Below the pieces are notes generated by a model, which saw nothing but the letters and a program-made list of their open reading frames with translations, ran no database searches and was not told the origin of the DNA. Of a DNA stretch of 64,000 bases, positions 29,001-39,760 are shown in pieces. The first letter of the stretch is position 1; each line of letters starts with the position of its first letter. Source of the DNA: Candidatus Velesiimonas alkalicola (GTDB taxonomy: Bacteria > Omnitrophota > Gorgyraeia > Velesiimonadales > Velesiimonadaceae); assembly GCA_013626165.1 (NCBI GenBank), contig NDHX01000001.1:100817-164816 (forward strand), read 5' to 3'. The position numbers and the translations under genes are program-made.

Positions 29001-29712
29001 TGCGTCAAAAAAGAAAGTATCAGTTGGTGATAAATTAGCAGGTCGGCATGGAAACAAAGGTGTTATAGCAAAGATACTGCCTGAAGAAGATATGCCGTTT
29101 ACAGCAGATGGAACACCTATTGAGATGATACTTAATCCGTTGGGTGTGCCATCTCGTATGAATGTTGGCCAGATATTAGAAACCCAGCTTGGTTGGGCAG
29201 CAAAAGCGCTTGGCATTAGATTTATAAGTCCTATATTTGATGGGGCAAAAGAAGAAGAAATTCGTGGAGAACTTAAAAAAGCAGGACTTCCAGAAGATGG
29301 GGTGATTACATTATATGATGGAAAGACAGGACAGGCATTTGTACAAAAAATAAGTGTTGGCTACCTGTATATGATGAAACTTATACATCTTGTTGATGAT
29401 AAGATACACGCAAGAGCAATAGGTCCTTATTCTCTTATTACACAGCAGCCGTTGGGTGGGAAGGCACAGTTTGGTGGACAGAGATTAGGAGAAATGGAGG
29501 TATGGGCGCTTGAGGCATATGGTGCGGCACATACATTACAAGAATTTCTAACAATAAAGAGCGATGATATTCAGGGAAGGACAAAAGCTTACGAGGCAAT
29601 TGTAAAAGGTGAACAGGTATTACAGCCTACAACGCCGGAGTCATTTAATGTTCTTATAAAAGAACTCCAGAGCCTTGGATTAGATATAAAAATAGAAAAA
29701 AAGAAGAAATAA
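26011..29712 (+). CDS. rpoB: RNA polymerase beta subunit
   Basis: DDIDHLGNRR, GDKLAGRHGNKG, GGQRLGEMEVWAL. Confidence 0.99.
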   Translation: MQELKSFAKIPEIMDLPHFLDIQTQPYEEFLQGFVPKNKRKSVGLQEVFEEFFPMELPDKGVRLEFLRYSLEKPSHTIEQCLAGGFTYASPLRARLRLRTGKREVVEEDVYICDIPLMMPTGSFIINGDERVVVSQLHRSSGVCFEESPHPSGKMLYIARIIPDKGSWMEFEFDINDLMYVHLDRRKKFYVTTLLRALGFETDADILKEFYPIEVLHLKDTVISSLVGRVCAKDIIHKKTQEKIVSTGESITVEMVSQLEDAGPVFSVFDLSSKRQLYSTLASDHLHTKEDALVEIYHKMRPMEPSTVDGASDMLKNNFFNKKRYHLGKVGRFILNRKLNMNVPFDNTALDKETIINVIKYLLSLRNGEGKVDDIDHLGNRRVKTVCELVQNQFRIGCARLERNVKDRMAAYSNEMLLPHNLVNSKIVSSVIKDFFARSQLCQFMDQINLLAELTHKRRLSALGPGGLSRERAGFQVRDVHHSHYGRICPIETPEGSNVGLIASLATYARINEFGFIQTPYRKVVDGKVTGKIEYLSADIEDQYVIAQANSKIDEGGKFLDERVLCRDKGNFSLVDPEDISYMDVSPKQIVSVAASLTPFFEHNDANRALMGSNMQRQAVPLLLPERALLSTGIEGRIAKDGGAVVIAKKSGKATRVESDRIVIDNEQYTLKKFIRSNSSTCINQRPLVKVGDNVKAGDIIADGPATDNGELALGRNILVAFMPWYGYNFEDAIVISRKLVSDDLLTSIHIEEFEVEARETRLGNEEITRDIPNVAEEALKNLDEEGIVHIGAEVSAGDVIVGKITPKGETELTPEEKLLRAIFGEKAKDVKDSSLIVPPGVEGTVVDIKVFSRKDILKGKKKKTLKIEEMQAIESIRKHYETQIQHLVLEKNKKVASVLLGKKLTQSIIDEETGQILISSGNSITKSDLKKIETESCDASDIHINNEKDSAELYKMVKIFDDQILSLSSEQKRQTDRIKRGDELPTGVLKRVIIYIASKKKVSVGDKLAGRHGNKGVIAKILPEEDMPFTADGTPIEMILNPLGVPSRMNVGQILETQLGWAAKALGIRFISPIFDGAKEEEIRGELKKAGLPEDGVITLYDGKTGQAFVQKISVGYLYMMKLIHLVDDKIHARAIGPYSLITQQPLGGKAQFGGQRLGEMEVWALEAYGAAHTLQEFLTIKSDDIQGRTKAYEAIVKGEQVLQPTTPESFNVLIKELQSLGLDIKIEKKKK

Positions 29713-29751
29713 AGTAAGCGGCAACTGGTACTCTGGTGCACAAGGAATATT

Positions 29752-32700
29752 ATGGATACAGTAAATATTTTTGATAGTATTACTATAAAGATTGCATCCC
29801 CTGAAACTATAAGGGCATGGTCTTACGGACAGGTGAAGAAGCCCGAGACATTGAATTACAGAACATTAAGATCAGAAAAAGACGGACTTTTTTGTGAAAA
29901 GATATTCGGTCCTACAAAAGACTGGGAATGTTATTGCGGAAAATATAAAAGAATAAAAAATAAAGGGATAGTATGCGACAGGTGTGGTGTGGAGATTACA
30001 CTTTCAAGAGTCCGAAGAGAGCGGATGGGACATATAGAACTTGCAGCTCCTGTTTCACATATCTGGTTTTTTAAGTCTCTTCCGTCAAGGATAGGGATAC
30101 TTCTTGATTTAACACTAAAAGAACTTGAGAAGGTTCTTTATTATGAAGAATACATTGTTATAGACCCTAAAAGCACCCCGTTAAAGGAAAAACAGCTTCT
30201 TAATGATGAGCAATATCAGGAAGCCATTATAAGGTATGGTGCAGAAAACTTTGATGCAGGGATTGGTGCAGAGGCTGTACAACATTTTTTAAGAAGGGTT
30301 AATTTTGATAAGATTTCATTAAAGTATAAAAAACAGATTAAGGGGTCAAAATCTGATATTACAAAACAAAAAATTGCAAAAGTATTAAATATTTTAGATA
30401 CCCTTAAAAATTCCGGAAATAAGCCTGAATGGATGATATTAACTGTTTTACCGGTAATTCCCCCGGACCTAAGGCCGCTTGTTCCTTTAGACGGTGGAAG
30501 GTTTGCAACAAGTGACCTAAATGACCTGTATAGAAGGGTTATAAACAGAAACAACAGGTTGAAAAAGCTTATAGAACTTTCTGCGCCAGATATTATTATA
30601 AGAAATGAGAAGAGGATGCTTCAGGAGGCAGTTGATGCATTATTTGAAAATGGCAAGCATGGTAAGCCGGTTCTTACCGCCGGGAATAGACCCCTGAAAT
30701 CCCTTTCAGATATGTTAAAGGGAAAACAGGGAAGATTCAGACAGAATCTTCTGGGAAAAAGGACCGATTATTCCGGACGATCTGTTATTATCATAGGTCC
30801 TGAACTTAAACTGCACCAGTGTGGTCTGCCCAAAAAAATGGCGCTTGAACTTTTTGAACCATTTATTATACAGAAGTTAAGAGAAAAGGGATATGTTCAT
30901 ACAATAAGAAGTGCAAGAAAACTGGTGGATAAAAAAAAGACAGAGGTTTGGGATATACTTGATGAAGTAATCAAGGACCACCCTGTTATACTGAACAGGG
31001 CACCCACACTGCACAGACTTGGAATACAGGCTTTTGAGCCTGTTCTCATAGAAGGCAATGCAATAAAAGTTCATCCATTTGTGTGTGCGGCATTTAACGC
31101 TGACTTTGACGGTGACCAGATGGCGGTTCATGTCCCTCTTTCGATAGAGGCTCAGGTTGAGACAAGACTTCTTATGCTTGCTCCAAATAATTTATTTGCA
31201 CCGTCCAGTGGCCGCCCCATAGTTGCGCCCACACAAGATACAGTTATCGGGTGTTATTTTTTAACAATACCAAAATTGGGCTGTCGAGGAGAAGGAAAAA
31301 TATTTGCAAGTACAGACGAAGCAATGATAGCGTATTATGATGAAGAAGTAGAACTTCATGCAGTTTGTAAGGTAATGTTAAACGGCAATTTGATAGATAC
31401 AACAGTCGGAAGAATCTTATTCAATGATATACTGCCCAAAGGTATGCCCTTTGTCAATGAACCAATGGATAGAAAGGTTCTTGGTTCTCTTATAATTAAA
31501 TCTTATAAACTTTTTGGGGCTGAAAAAACAGTTCAGATGCTTGATGAATTAAAAAAAATAGGATTTGAAATGTCAACACACGCAGGGATCTCTATTTCTA
31601 CATCCAGCCTCTCTATTCCTTCCAAGAAAGAAGAGGTAGTGAAGAAAGCACAAAAAGAAGTAAAAGAAGCAGAAAGCAAATACAAGGCAGGTATCATTAC
31701 AGAAGGCGAAAGAAACAATAAGGTTATTGATATATGGACAAGGGTAACACAGGAAATCCAGGACCTTATATTTGAATCCTGGGATCTGTTTAACCCGGTT
31801 CGCATGATGGCTGATTCAGGAGCAAGAGGAAACCGTCAGCAGATAAGGCAGCTTGCAGGTATGAGGGGGTTGATGGCAAAGCCCTCGGGTGAAATTATAG
31901 AAATACCCATTATTGCAAATTTCAGAGAAGGACTTACAGTTCTTGAATATTTTATCTCTACACACGGGGCAAGAAAAGGGCTTGCAGACACTGCGCTTAA
32001 AACATCGGACGCCGGTTATCTTACCCGTAGGCTTGTTGATGTTGCGCAGGATGTAATTATAACAGAAGAAGATTGTGGTACCTTAAGCGGAATACTTATA
32101 AGTGCCATAACAGAGGGTGAAGATGTAGTTGTAAGTTTGAAGGAAAGAATTGTCGGAAGGATTGCACTTGATAATATTGTAGATGTTATAACGGACCAGA
32201 TTATTGTATCCGCAGGTGAAGAGATAACAGATGAAAAGACTGATAAAATTGAAGAGGTTGGGATTGAAAAGATTCGTATAAGAAGTGTTCTAACCTGTCA
32301 GACAAGATTGGGTGTATGCCAAAAATGTTATGGTAGAAACCTTGCTACGCAGAGGATATCTGAACTTGGGGATGCAGTGGGCATCATTGCTGCTCAATCA
32401 ATTGGAGAACCCGGCACACAGCTTACGATGCGTACCTTCCATATCGGTGGAACAGCATTCGGTATAGCAAAACAAAGTGGTATAAAGGTGAGAAATTCAG
32501 GAACTGTTAGATATCATAACCTTAAAACAGTTTCTATAAAAGGTGGCCTTTTTCGTGTAATAAACAGGATTGGTGAGATATCTATAAATGATGAAGTGGG
32601 CAGGGAATTTGTCCGATACCGTATACCGTTTGGCGCAACTGTATTTGTTCAGGACGAGGGTAAAATAGAAAAAGCAGAGGAACTTACCCAGTGGGATCCG

Positions 32701-33720
32701 TACACAATCTCAATAGTTTCAGAAGTATCAGGGCGTGTCCAGTATATGGATATAAGATCCGGTGTTACAATGCGTGAAGAATTAGACCCTGCCACAGGTA
32801 TCACAGGCCGTATTATTACAGAACACAAGGGAGATTATTATCCACAGATATTGATAAAAGATGAAAAAAATGAGATTCTTGCAACATATCCTGTCCCAAC
32901 AGGTGCTCATATAATGGTAGATGAAAAACAGGAAGTTGAAAGTGGCGATGTGATAGCAAAGACACCAAGAAAGATAACAAAGACAAAAGATATTACAGGT
33001 GGGCTTCCGAGGGTTGCAGAACTTTTTGAAGCAAGAAAGCCCAAGAACCCTGCGATAATAAGTGACATCTCAGGTGTTGTTGATTTTGGTCCTGCAAAAA
33101 GAGGACACAGAAGAATCATTGTAAAGAATCCTCAAACACAGGATGAAAGAGAATACCTTGTCCCGTCAGGGAAGCATATCCTTGTGTATAAAGGTGACAA
33201 TATAACAGCGGGACAGCAATTAACAGATGGCCCTGTTGTTTTACAGGATATATTAAAAACACTTGGAGATAAGGCGTTGCAAGAATATCTTGTTAATGAA
33301 ATACAGGAAGTATACCGTCTTCAGGGTGTTCGTATAAATGATAAACATATAGAAGTTATTGTTCGTCAGATGATGAGAAGAGTAAGCATTACAGACCCCG
33401 GTAATTCGGATTTTCAGGAAGGAATGCATGTTGATAAATTTAAGTTTAATGATGTGGTTACTGCATTAAAAAAGAAGAATAAAAATTTGCCTAAGGCCAT
33501 GCCAACACTTCTCGGTGTAACAAAAGCATCTTTAAGCACGGAAAGCTTTATCTCTGCTGCAAGTTTTCAAGAAACGACGCGTGTTCTTACAGAGGCGGCC
33601 TTAGCCGGTAAAAAAGATTTTCTCCTTGGATTAAAAGAAAATGTTATTATGGGGCATCTAATCCCAGCAGGGACAGGGTATCACTCACATCATGAATTTG
33701 AGATAGAAAGGGAAAAATAG
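29752..33720 (+). CDS. rpoC: RNA polymerase beta' subunit
   Basis: [11 protein letters not shown], Zn-finger cysteines, [12 protein letters not shown]. Confidence 0.99.
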   Translation: MDTVNIFDSITIKIASPETIRAWSYGQVKKPETLNYRTLRSEKDGLFCEKIFGPTKDWECYCGKYKRIKNKGIVCDRCGVEITLSRVRRERMGHIELAAPVSHIWFFKSLPSRIGILLDLTLKELEKVLYYEEYIVIDPKSTPLKEKQLLNDEQYQEAIIRYGAENFDAGIGAEAVQHFLRRVNFDKISLKYKKQIKGSKSDITKQKIAKVLNILDTLKNSGNKPEWMILTVLPVIPPDLRPLVPLDGGRFATSDLNDLYRRVINRNNRLKKLIELSAPDIIIRNEKRMLQEAVDALFENGKHGKPVLTAGNRPLKSLSDMLKGKQGRFRQNLLGKRTDYSGRSVIIIGPELKLHQCGLPKKMALELFEPFIIQKLREKGYVHTIRSARKLVDKKKTEVWDILDEVIKDHPVILNRAPTLHRLGIQAFEPVLIEGNAIKVHPFVCAAFNADFDGDQMAVHVPLSIEAQVETRLLMLAPNNLFAPSSGRPIVAPTQDTVIGCYFLTIPKLGCRGEGKIFASTDEAMIAYYDEEVELHAVCKVMLNGNLIDTTVGRILFNDILPKGMPFVNEPMDRKVLGSLIIKSYKLFGAEKTVQMLDELKKIGFEMSTHAGISISTSSLSIPSKKEEVVKKAQKEVKEAESKYKAGIITEGERNNKVIDIWTRVTQEIQDLIFESWDLFNPVRMMADSGARGNRQQIRQLAGMRGLMAKPSGEIIEIPIIANFREGLTVLEYFISTHGARKGLADTALKTSDAGYLTRRLVDVAQDVIITEEDCGTLSGILISAITEGEDVVVSLKERIVGRIALDNIVDVITDQIIVSAGEEITDEKTDKIEEVGIEKIRIRSVLTCQTRLGVCQKCYGRNLATQRISELGDAVGIIAAQSIGEPGTQLTMRTFHIGGTAFGIAKQSGIKVRNSGTVRYHNLKTVSIKGGLFRVINRIGEISINDEVGREFVRYRIPFGATVFVQDEGKIEKAEELTQWDPYTISIVSEVSGRVQYMDIRSGVTMREELDPATGITGRIITEHKGDYYPQILIKDEKNEILATYPVPTGAHIMVDEKQEVESGDVIAKTPRKITKTKDITGGLPRVAELFEARKPKNPAIISDISGVVDFGPAKRGHRRIIVKNPQTQDEREYLVPSGKHILVYKGDNITAGQQLTDGPVVLQDILKTLGDKALQEYLVNEIQEVYRLQGVRINDKHIEVIVRQMMRRVSITDPGNSDFQEGMHVDKFKFNDVVTALKKKNKNLPKAMPTLLGVTKASLSTESFISAASFQETTRVLTEAALAGKKDFLLGLKENVIMGHLIPAGTGYHSHHEFEIEREK

Positions 33721-33982
33721 TAGGTAGGAGGTAGTAGGTAGGAGGTAGGAGGTAGGAGGTAGGAGGTAGGAGGTAGGAGGTAGTAGGTAGTAGGTAGGAG
33801 GTAGGAGGTAGTAGGTAGGAGGTAGGGAAAAAAATGGTGACGGATGACTGGTGACAAGCGACTGGAACCCGGGCACCAGTGCACCAGAGCACCCTCTGGG
33901 TGGGGGTAAAACATAATCCCCCGACCCATCCTTTGGATGGGTGCCCCGCCCCTCCTTTTGTAAAGGAGGAGGGGTGGATTAT
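33718..33982 (+). repeat. Composite intergenic repeat type II
   Basis: (GTAGGAG/GTAGTAG)n, GGTGAC heptamers, GCACCAG octamers, nested hairpin ATAATCC...GGATTAT; near copy at 41520-41783. Confidence 0.9.
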
Positions 33983-34023
33983 GGTTTGAAAAAATTTGTG
34001 TCTAATAAAAAAGAAAGAATAAT

Positions 34024-34407
34024 ATGCCAACTATAAGTCAATTGATAAGATTTGGAAGAGCAAGAATTAAAAAGAAGACAAAATCACCTGCATTAAATAA
34101 ATGCCCACAGAGAAGAGGGGTTTGTCTGCAGGTAAGAACTATGACACCCAAGAAGCCAAACTCTGCTTTGCGCAAGATTACCAGAGTCAGGCTTACCAAT
34201 GGTATAGAGGTTACTGCATATATACCCGGTGAAGGACACAACCTTCAAGAACACTCTATTGTATTGGTTCGTGGAGGCAGAGTAAAGGATCTTCCGGGCG
34301 TCCGATATCATACTGTAAGGGGAACACTTGACACAGCGGGTGTTGAAAACAGAAAAAAGAGCCGTTCTAAATATGGGACAAAAAGACCGAAGGAACAGGC
34401 TAAATAA
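34024..34407 (+). CDS. rpsL: 30S ribosomal protein S12
   Basis: [23 protein letters not shown]. Confidence 0.99.
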   Translation: MPTISQLIRFGRARIKKKTKSPALNKCPQRRGVCLQVRTMTPKKPNSALRKITRVRLTNGIEVTAYIPGEGHNLQEHSIVLVRGGRVKDLPGVRYHTVRGTLDTAGVENRKKSRSKYGTKRPKEQAK

Positions 34408-34418
34408 CGGAGCAGGGA

Positions 34419-34886
34419 ATGAGAAGAGGTAAAATACAAAAAAGGAAGTTATTACCGGATCCTAAATATAACGATTTACTGGTAAGCAAGTTTATAAATA
34501 TACTTATCTTAAAAGGTAAAAAATCAAAAGCTGAAAAAATAGTTTATAATGCGATGGAAGAGGTTTCAAAAAAGATTAATAAAGAGCCATTAGAAATTTT
34601 AAGTAAGGCGGTTAACAATGTCCGACCTCTTTTGGAGGTAAAAGCCCGACGGATAGGCGGTGCCACCTATCAGGTTCCTATTGAGGTTAACGAAGAAAGA
34701 GGAAGGGCTATTGCACTTCGTTGGATAAGAGATTTTGCCAGAGTTAAAAAAGGGATGCCAATGGAAAAAAAACTTGGGGGCGAAATTTTAGATGCATATA
34801 AAGGCGAAGGTGCTTCTATGAAAAAAAGGGCAGATACACATAAGATGGCAGAATCAAACAAGGCATTTGCACATTTTAGATTTTGA
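34419..34886 (+). CDS. rpsG: 30S ribosomal protein S7
   Basis: RRIGGATYQVP, HKMAESNKAFAHF. Confidence 0.98.
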   Translation: MRRGKIQKRKLLPDPKYNDLLVSKFINILILKGKKSKAEKIVYNAMEEVSKKINKEPLEILSKAVNNVRPLLEVKARRIGGATYQVPIEVNEERGRAIALRWIRDFARVKKGMPMEKKLGGEILDAYKGEGASMKKRADTHKMAESNKAFAHFRF

Positions 34887-34890
34887 AATT

Positions 34891-35049
34891 GTAAATACTC
34901 AGTCAACTGTGTTACCTGAAGGCACAAAGGCGCAAGGTGACAAAGGTACAAAGCATAAGAAAAGAATCTAAAAGGACAGTCCACTTTGTGCCTGTGTGCC
35001 TTAAGTGCCTCTGTGCCTAAAATATGAACTGAATTTAGTGAATATTTAC
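34891..35049. mobile_element. MITE-like element enclosing inverted AGGCACAA octamer arrays
   Basis: GTAAATACTCA / TGAATATTTAC ends; left end repeated at 18331-18367. Confidence 0.6.
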
Positions 35050-35142
35050 GGTTTTCCTTTATTTTAAGATTCTAAACTTGCTGAACTAATGATGGAACAA
35101 AATATCTTATTAGAATTTAACAAAAAGGAATATAAAAATATT

Positions 35143-37218
35143 ATGGAAGTAAAATATACTTTACAAAAATTACGCAATGTAGGTATTATTGCACATATTG
35201 ATGCAGGGAAAACAACTACCACAGAGAGAATTCTCTATCATGCTGGAACCATTGATAGAATGGGAAATGTTGATGATGGAACAACACAGACAGACTGGAT
35301 GGTTCAGGAAAGGGAAAGAGGTATAACTATTACAAGTGCCTGTACCACCAGTTTTTGGAAAGACTGCAGAATAAACATCATAGATACACCGGGGCATATT
35401 GATTTTACCGTAGAGGTAGAAAGAAGTTTAAGGGTTCTTGACGGTGCGGTTGTGATATTCTGTGCTGTAGGAGGAGTTGAGTCTCAATCTGAAACAGTAT
35501 GGAGACAGGCAGATAGGTATCATGTTCCAAGGATTGCTTTTATTAATAAAATGGACAGGATAGAAGCAGATTTTTTTGGAACCCTGAAACAGATACAACA
35601 AAGACTTGGCGCAAATGCAGCAGCGGTTGAGATACCCATAGGGGTTGGACAAAATTTAGAAGGTGTTATAGACCTTATTAAAATGAAATCTCTTATCTAT
35701 GATATTAAAGACATTACAGGTAGATTTAAGGTTGGTTCAGTTTCACCTGACCTTTTAGAAATGGCAAAACTGTATCGCGCAAAACTTATTGAGTCTGTCG
35801 CAGAGACCGATAAAAATATTATGGAAAAGTTTTCGCACGATCAGGAAATAAAAGAAGGAGAACTATCATCTGCCATAAGAAGACAGACGATAGCAGGAAA
35901 GTTTGTTCCGGTTCTTTGCGGTTCATCACTTAAAAATATAGGTGTTCAACCTATTTTAGATGCAGTTGTAGACTGGTTGCCAAGCCCGGTTGATGTCCCC
36001 CCTGTTCAGGGGATTGTTCAGGGTAAAGATGTAATAGAACAAAGGAAAGCATCGGATGATGAGTATTTTTCTGCACTTGCATTTAAGATAATGATAGATC
36101 CATATGTTGGAAAACTCACATTTTTAAGGGTCTATTCAGGCATACTAAAATCAGGTTCCTACATATATAACGTAAGCAGGGACAAAAAAGAAAGAATTGG
36201 AAAACTTCTTAAAATGCATGCAAACAGGCAGGAAATAATTGAAGTGGTAAAAACTGGAGATATTGCTGCTGCTGTAGGACTAAGAGAAACAAAAACGGGT
36301 GATACCATATGTGATGAACAACATCCTGTAATCCTTGAGTCCATGCATTTGCCACAGCCTGTTATATCCCTTGCAATTGAACCTTTGACAAGACAGGATC
36401 AGGATAAACTTTCTCTTGCACTTTCAAGATTGCAGGACGAAGACCCTTCGTTTTGTGTTTCTTATAATGAAGAGACGGCACAGACGCTTATTTTGGGTTT
36501 TGGAGAATTGCATCTTGAAATAATTGTTGACAGATTGAAAAGAGAATTCAATGTTCAGACACAGGTTGGAAAACCGCATGTTGCATATAAAGAAACATTG
36601 ATTAAACCTGTAAGACAGGAAGGAAAGTTTGTGCAGCAGAGCGGCGGGCGTGGACAGTATGGGCATGTCGTATTTGAGATAGAGCCCATAGAAAGAGGTT
36701 CAGGAATAGTGTTTGAAAGTGCGCTACGCGGAACAAGTATACCCAGAGAATATGTTCCCTCTATAGAACAGGGAGTAATAGAATCCGCACAGACAGGACC
36801 TTTGGGAGGATTTCCTGTTGTAGATGTAAAGGTAGTGCTTATAGATGGCTCATACCATGAAGTAGATTCTTCAACATTCGCATTCAAGATGGCAGGCTCT
36901 ATCGGATTTAGCGCAGCACTTAGATCGGGGGGTTCAATGCTCCTTGAGCCTATTATGGATGTGGAGGTTGTGGTTCCTGAGGAATATTTAGGCGATGTAA
37001 TTGCTGATATGGGAGCTCGCAGGGCAAAGATAGAACAACTTTCACAGAGAGGCAATGTCCGTGTTATAAGAGGATTTATTCCTCTTTCAGAGCTTTTTGG
37101 ATATGCAACTGCTGTTCGTTCTGTAAGTCAGGGAAGGGCATCATATGTAATGCAGCCAGCATATTATGCAGAGGTTCCAAAAAATATAAAAGAAAAAATA
37201 CTTAAAGGCAAAAAGTAA
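35143..37218 (+). CDS. fusA: Elongation factor G
   Basis: AHIDAGKTTTTERIL, DTPGH, NKMD, QSGGRGQYGHV. Confidence 0.98.
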   Translation: MEVKYTLQKLRNVGIIAHIDAGKTTTTERILYHAGTIDRMGNVDDGTTQTDWMVQERERGITITSACTTSFWKDCRINIIDTPGHIDFTVEVERSLRVLDGAVVIFCAVGGVESQSETVWRQADRYHVPRIAFINKMDRIEADFFGTLKQIQQRLGANAAAVEIPIGVGQNLEGVIDLIKMKSLIYDIKDITGRFKVGSVSPDLLEMAKLYRAKLIESVAETDKNIMEKFSHDQEIKEGELSSAIRRQTIAGKFVPVLCGSSLKNIGVQPILDAVVDWLPSPVDVPPVQGIVQGKDVIEQRKASDDEYFSALAFKIMIDPYVGKLTFLRVYSGILKSGSYIYNVSRDKKERIGKLLKMHANRQEIIEVVKTGDIAAAVGLRETKTGDTICDEQHPVILESMHLPQPVISLAIEPLTRQDQDKLSLALSRLQDEDPSFCVSYNEETAQTLILGFGELHLEIIVDRLKREFNVQTQVGKPHVAYKETLIKPVRQEGKFVQQSGGRGQYGHVVFEIEPIERGSGIVFESALRGTSIPREYVPSIEQGVIESAQTGPLGGFPVVDVKVVLIDGSYHEVDSSTFAFKMAGSIGFSAALRSGGSMLLEPIMDVEVVVPEEYLGDVIADMGARRAKIEQLSQRGNVRVIRGFIPLSELFGYATAVRSVSQGRASYVMQPAYYAEVPKNIKEKILKGKK

Positions 37219-37259
37219 AGTGACTGGTGCCTGATGCACTGGCAAACAGGAGGTAAAAA

Positions 37260-38462
37260 ATGGCAAAAGAAAAATTTCTCAGGACAAAACCGCATGTAAA
37301 TGTAGGGACCATAGGACATGTTGACCATGGAAAAACAACACTGACAAGTGCAATAACAAAAGTATTATCTAGCAAGGGATTGGCTCAGGCAAAGACATTT
37401 GAAGAAATAGATAATGCGCCTGAGGAAAGAGAAAGAGGAGTAACAATAAATGTACACCATGCGGAATATCAAACACAGAACAGGCACTATGCACATGTGG
37501 ACTGTCCAGGTCACGCAGACTATATAAAGAATATGGTTACAGGAGCGGCACAGATGGACGGAGCAGTATTAGTGGTAAGTGCAGTAGATGGTCCTATGCC
37601 GCAGACAAGAGAACACATACTTTTGGCAAGACAGGTGGGAGTTCCTGCAATGGTGGTGTTCTTAAACAAAACAGATGCAGTAGAAGATAAAGAATTAGTA
37701 GATTTAGTTGAAATGGAAGTGCGAGATTTATTAAGCAAATATGAGTTTCCTGGGGATAAGATACCGGTGGTAAGAGGAAGTGCATTAAATGCAATGAACT
37801 GTGGATGTAGCAAAGATGATTGTCCAAACTGCAAGTCCATACTGGAATTGATGTCAGCAGTAGATAGCCATATACCTGAGCCTGTAAGAATAACGGACAG
37901 GGCATTTTTAATGTCCGTAGAAGATGTATTTAGCATAAGCGGCAGAGGAACAGTAGGAACAGGAAGAGTAGAAAGAGGAATAGTCAAAGTAGGAGAAGAA
38001 GTAGAAATAGTAGGGATACAGACAGAGAGCAGAAGGACAGTAGTAACAGGGGTAGAGATGTTCAGGAAGTTGTTAGACGAAGGAAGAGCAGGAGACAACA
38101 TAGGGGTATTGTTAAGAGGGATAGAAAAAAAAGACTTAGAAAAAGGGATGGTCATATCGGCACCAAATACAATAACGCCACACACACAATTCAAGGCACA
38201 GGTATATGTATTAACAAAAGAAGAAGGTGGAAGACACACACAATTTTTCAGCGGCTACAGGCCTCAGTTTTTCTTCAGGACAACAGATGTAACAGGAGTA
38301 ATAACATTACCGCAAGGAACAGAAATGATAATGCCTGGCGACAATGTATCTGTAACAGTAGATCTGATAGTACCTGTGGCAATGGAAAAAGAGCAAAGAT
38401 TTGCAATCCGCGAAGGAGGAAAGACAATAGGAGCAGGCGTGGTAACAGAGATAATAAAATAA
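37260..38462 (+). CDS. tuf: Elongation factor Tu, copy 2
   Basis: Same protein as copy 1 except SAT vs SVT near the C-terminus. Confidence 0.99.
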   Translation: MAKEKFLRTKPHVNVGTIGHVDHGKTTLTSAITKVLSSKGLAQAKTFEEIDNAPEERERGVTINVHHAEYQTQNRHYAHVDCPGHADYIKNMVTGAAQMDGAVLVVSAVDGPMPQTREHILLARQVGVPAMVVFLNKTDAVEDKELVDLVEMEVRDLLSKYEFPGDKIPVVRGSALNAMNCGCSKDDCPNCKSILELMSAVDSHIPEPVRITDRAFLMSVEDVFSISGRGTVGTGRVERGIVKVGEEVEIVGIQTESRRTVVTGVEMFRKLLDEGRAGDNIGVLLRGIEKKDLEKGMVISAPNTITPHTQFKAQVYVLTKEEGGRHTQFFSGYRPQFFFRTTDVTGVITLPQGTEMIMPGDNVSVTVDLIVPVAMEKEQRFAIREGGKTIGAGVVTEIIK

Positions 38463-38560
38463 CAGGAGATAGTAGGTGGGAGGTAGTAGGTAGGAAAGAA
38501 ATATTTTTTCCTATCTACTACCTACTATATCCTACCTCCTATATTTTTTGGGGGAAAGAG

Positions 38561-38863
38561 ATGGCTCAAAGGATAAGGATAAAACTAAAAGCATATGACT
38601 CAAGACTTTTAGACCAATCTACGCAGGAAATTGTAAATACTGTTAAAAGAACAGGTGCAAAGATTTCAGGACCTATTCCGTTACCTACTAAAAAAGAGGT
38701 AACAACTGTTCTGCGTTCTCCTCATGTAGATAAAAAATCAAGGGAACAGTTTATAATAAGAACACATAAAAGGATACTTGATATACTTGAGTCAACACCT
38801 AAAACAATAGATGCATTAAAAAAACTTGATCTGCCAGCTGGTGTAGATGTTGAGATAAAGTAG
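38561..38863 (+). CDS. rpsJ: 30S ribosomal protein S10
   Basis: [30 protein letters not shown]. Confidence 0.98.
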   Translation: MAQRIRIKLKAYDSRLLDQSTQEIVNTVKRTGAKISGPIPLPTKKEVTTVLRSPHVDKKSREQFIIRTHKRILDILESTPKTIDALKKLDLPAGVDVEIK

Positions 38864-39022
38864 GGTCTGCTGAAAAACTCATCAGACCTTAAAATCGGTG
38901 TAATCTTTCCAAAATCTGTGTAATCAGGGCTTACTGGATGTGTTAATATAACACAGTAAGCCCAGTCTTTAAGAGCACCAGAGCACCAGAGCACCAGTGC
39001 ACCAGTTATAGAGAGATTAATT

Positions 39023-39745
39023 ATGTCCATAGGATTACTTGGAAGAAAATTAGGAATGACACAAATTTTTGCCGAAGACGGCAGAAGGATTCCTGTTACA
39101 GTCATAGAAGCAGGCCCCTGTCCTGTCTTACAGATAAAGACAGCTCAGAAGAACGGTTATGATGCCATTCTTATCGGGTTTGGAGAAAAAAAAGAATCAA
39201 GGGTATCAAAACCGAATCTCGGTTTTTTTAAGAAGATAGGCAGGATTCCTGTTCAATTGATGAAAGAAATAAAAATACCTCAGGGCACCGAAAAACCACA
39301 GGAAGGCGTTGTATTAAGGGTTGACCAGTTTAAACCCGGTGATTTTGTAGATGTAACGGGAAAATCTATCGGCAAGGGTTTTCAGGGCGGTATGAAAAGG
39401 TGGGGATGGGCAGGAGGACCAAGTACACATGGTTCTACATCTCACAGAAGGGTAGGTTCTATAGGGTCCTCTACTACACCTGGAAGAGTTATAAGAGGGC
39501 ATCACATGCCGGGTCATATGGGCAATGATACTGTTACAACACAAAGTTTAGAAGTTATAAAAGTTGATGTTGAGAATAATCTTATTGCAATAAAAGGTTC
39601 TATTCCCGGGTCTAAATCCGGATATGTTACGCTCTGCAAGGCGTTAAAAAGACTTCCCATACTTAAGGTTGCCACAGTTGCTGAGAAGCATAAGAAGGCA
39701 GATACATTGAAGGCTTCTAAGCTTATGAAGAGGATAAAAAAATAA
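39023..39745 (+). CDS. rplC: 50S ribosomal protein L3
   Basis: GRKLGMTQIF, GKGFQGGMKRW, MPGHMG. Confidence 0.98.
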   Translation: MSIGLLGRKLGMTQIFAEDGRRIPVTVIEAGPCPVLQIKTAQKNGYDAILIGFGEKKESRVSKPNLGFFKKIGRIPVQLMKEIKIPQGTEKPQEGVVLRVDQFKPGDFVDVTGKSIGKGFQGGMKRWGWAGGPSTHGSTSHRRVGSIGSSTTPGRVIRGHHMPGHMGNDTVTTQSLEVIKVDVENNLIAIKGSIPGSKSGYVTLCKALKRLPILKVATVAEKHKKADTLKASKLMKRIKK

Positions 39746-39760
39746 ATAAAATGGGTAAAA

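Noticed and set aside
33720-33826. Arrays as canonical TRAP binding sites
   Set aside because: NAG triplets are spaced by 0-1 nt rather than the preferred 2, and there is no trp context.
33647-34030. Minus-strand [14 protein letters not shown] repeat ORFs (also near 23846, 41436, 46434, 54724)
   Set aside because: By-products of the heptamer arrays, whose reverse strand lacks stop codons. They are open in several frames and have no RBS.
38864-38890. GGTCTGCTGA-AAAAC-TCATCAGACC hairpin as an IS element
   Set aside because: Too short and single-copy in this window; could be a scar or a simple hairpin.
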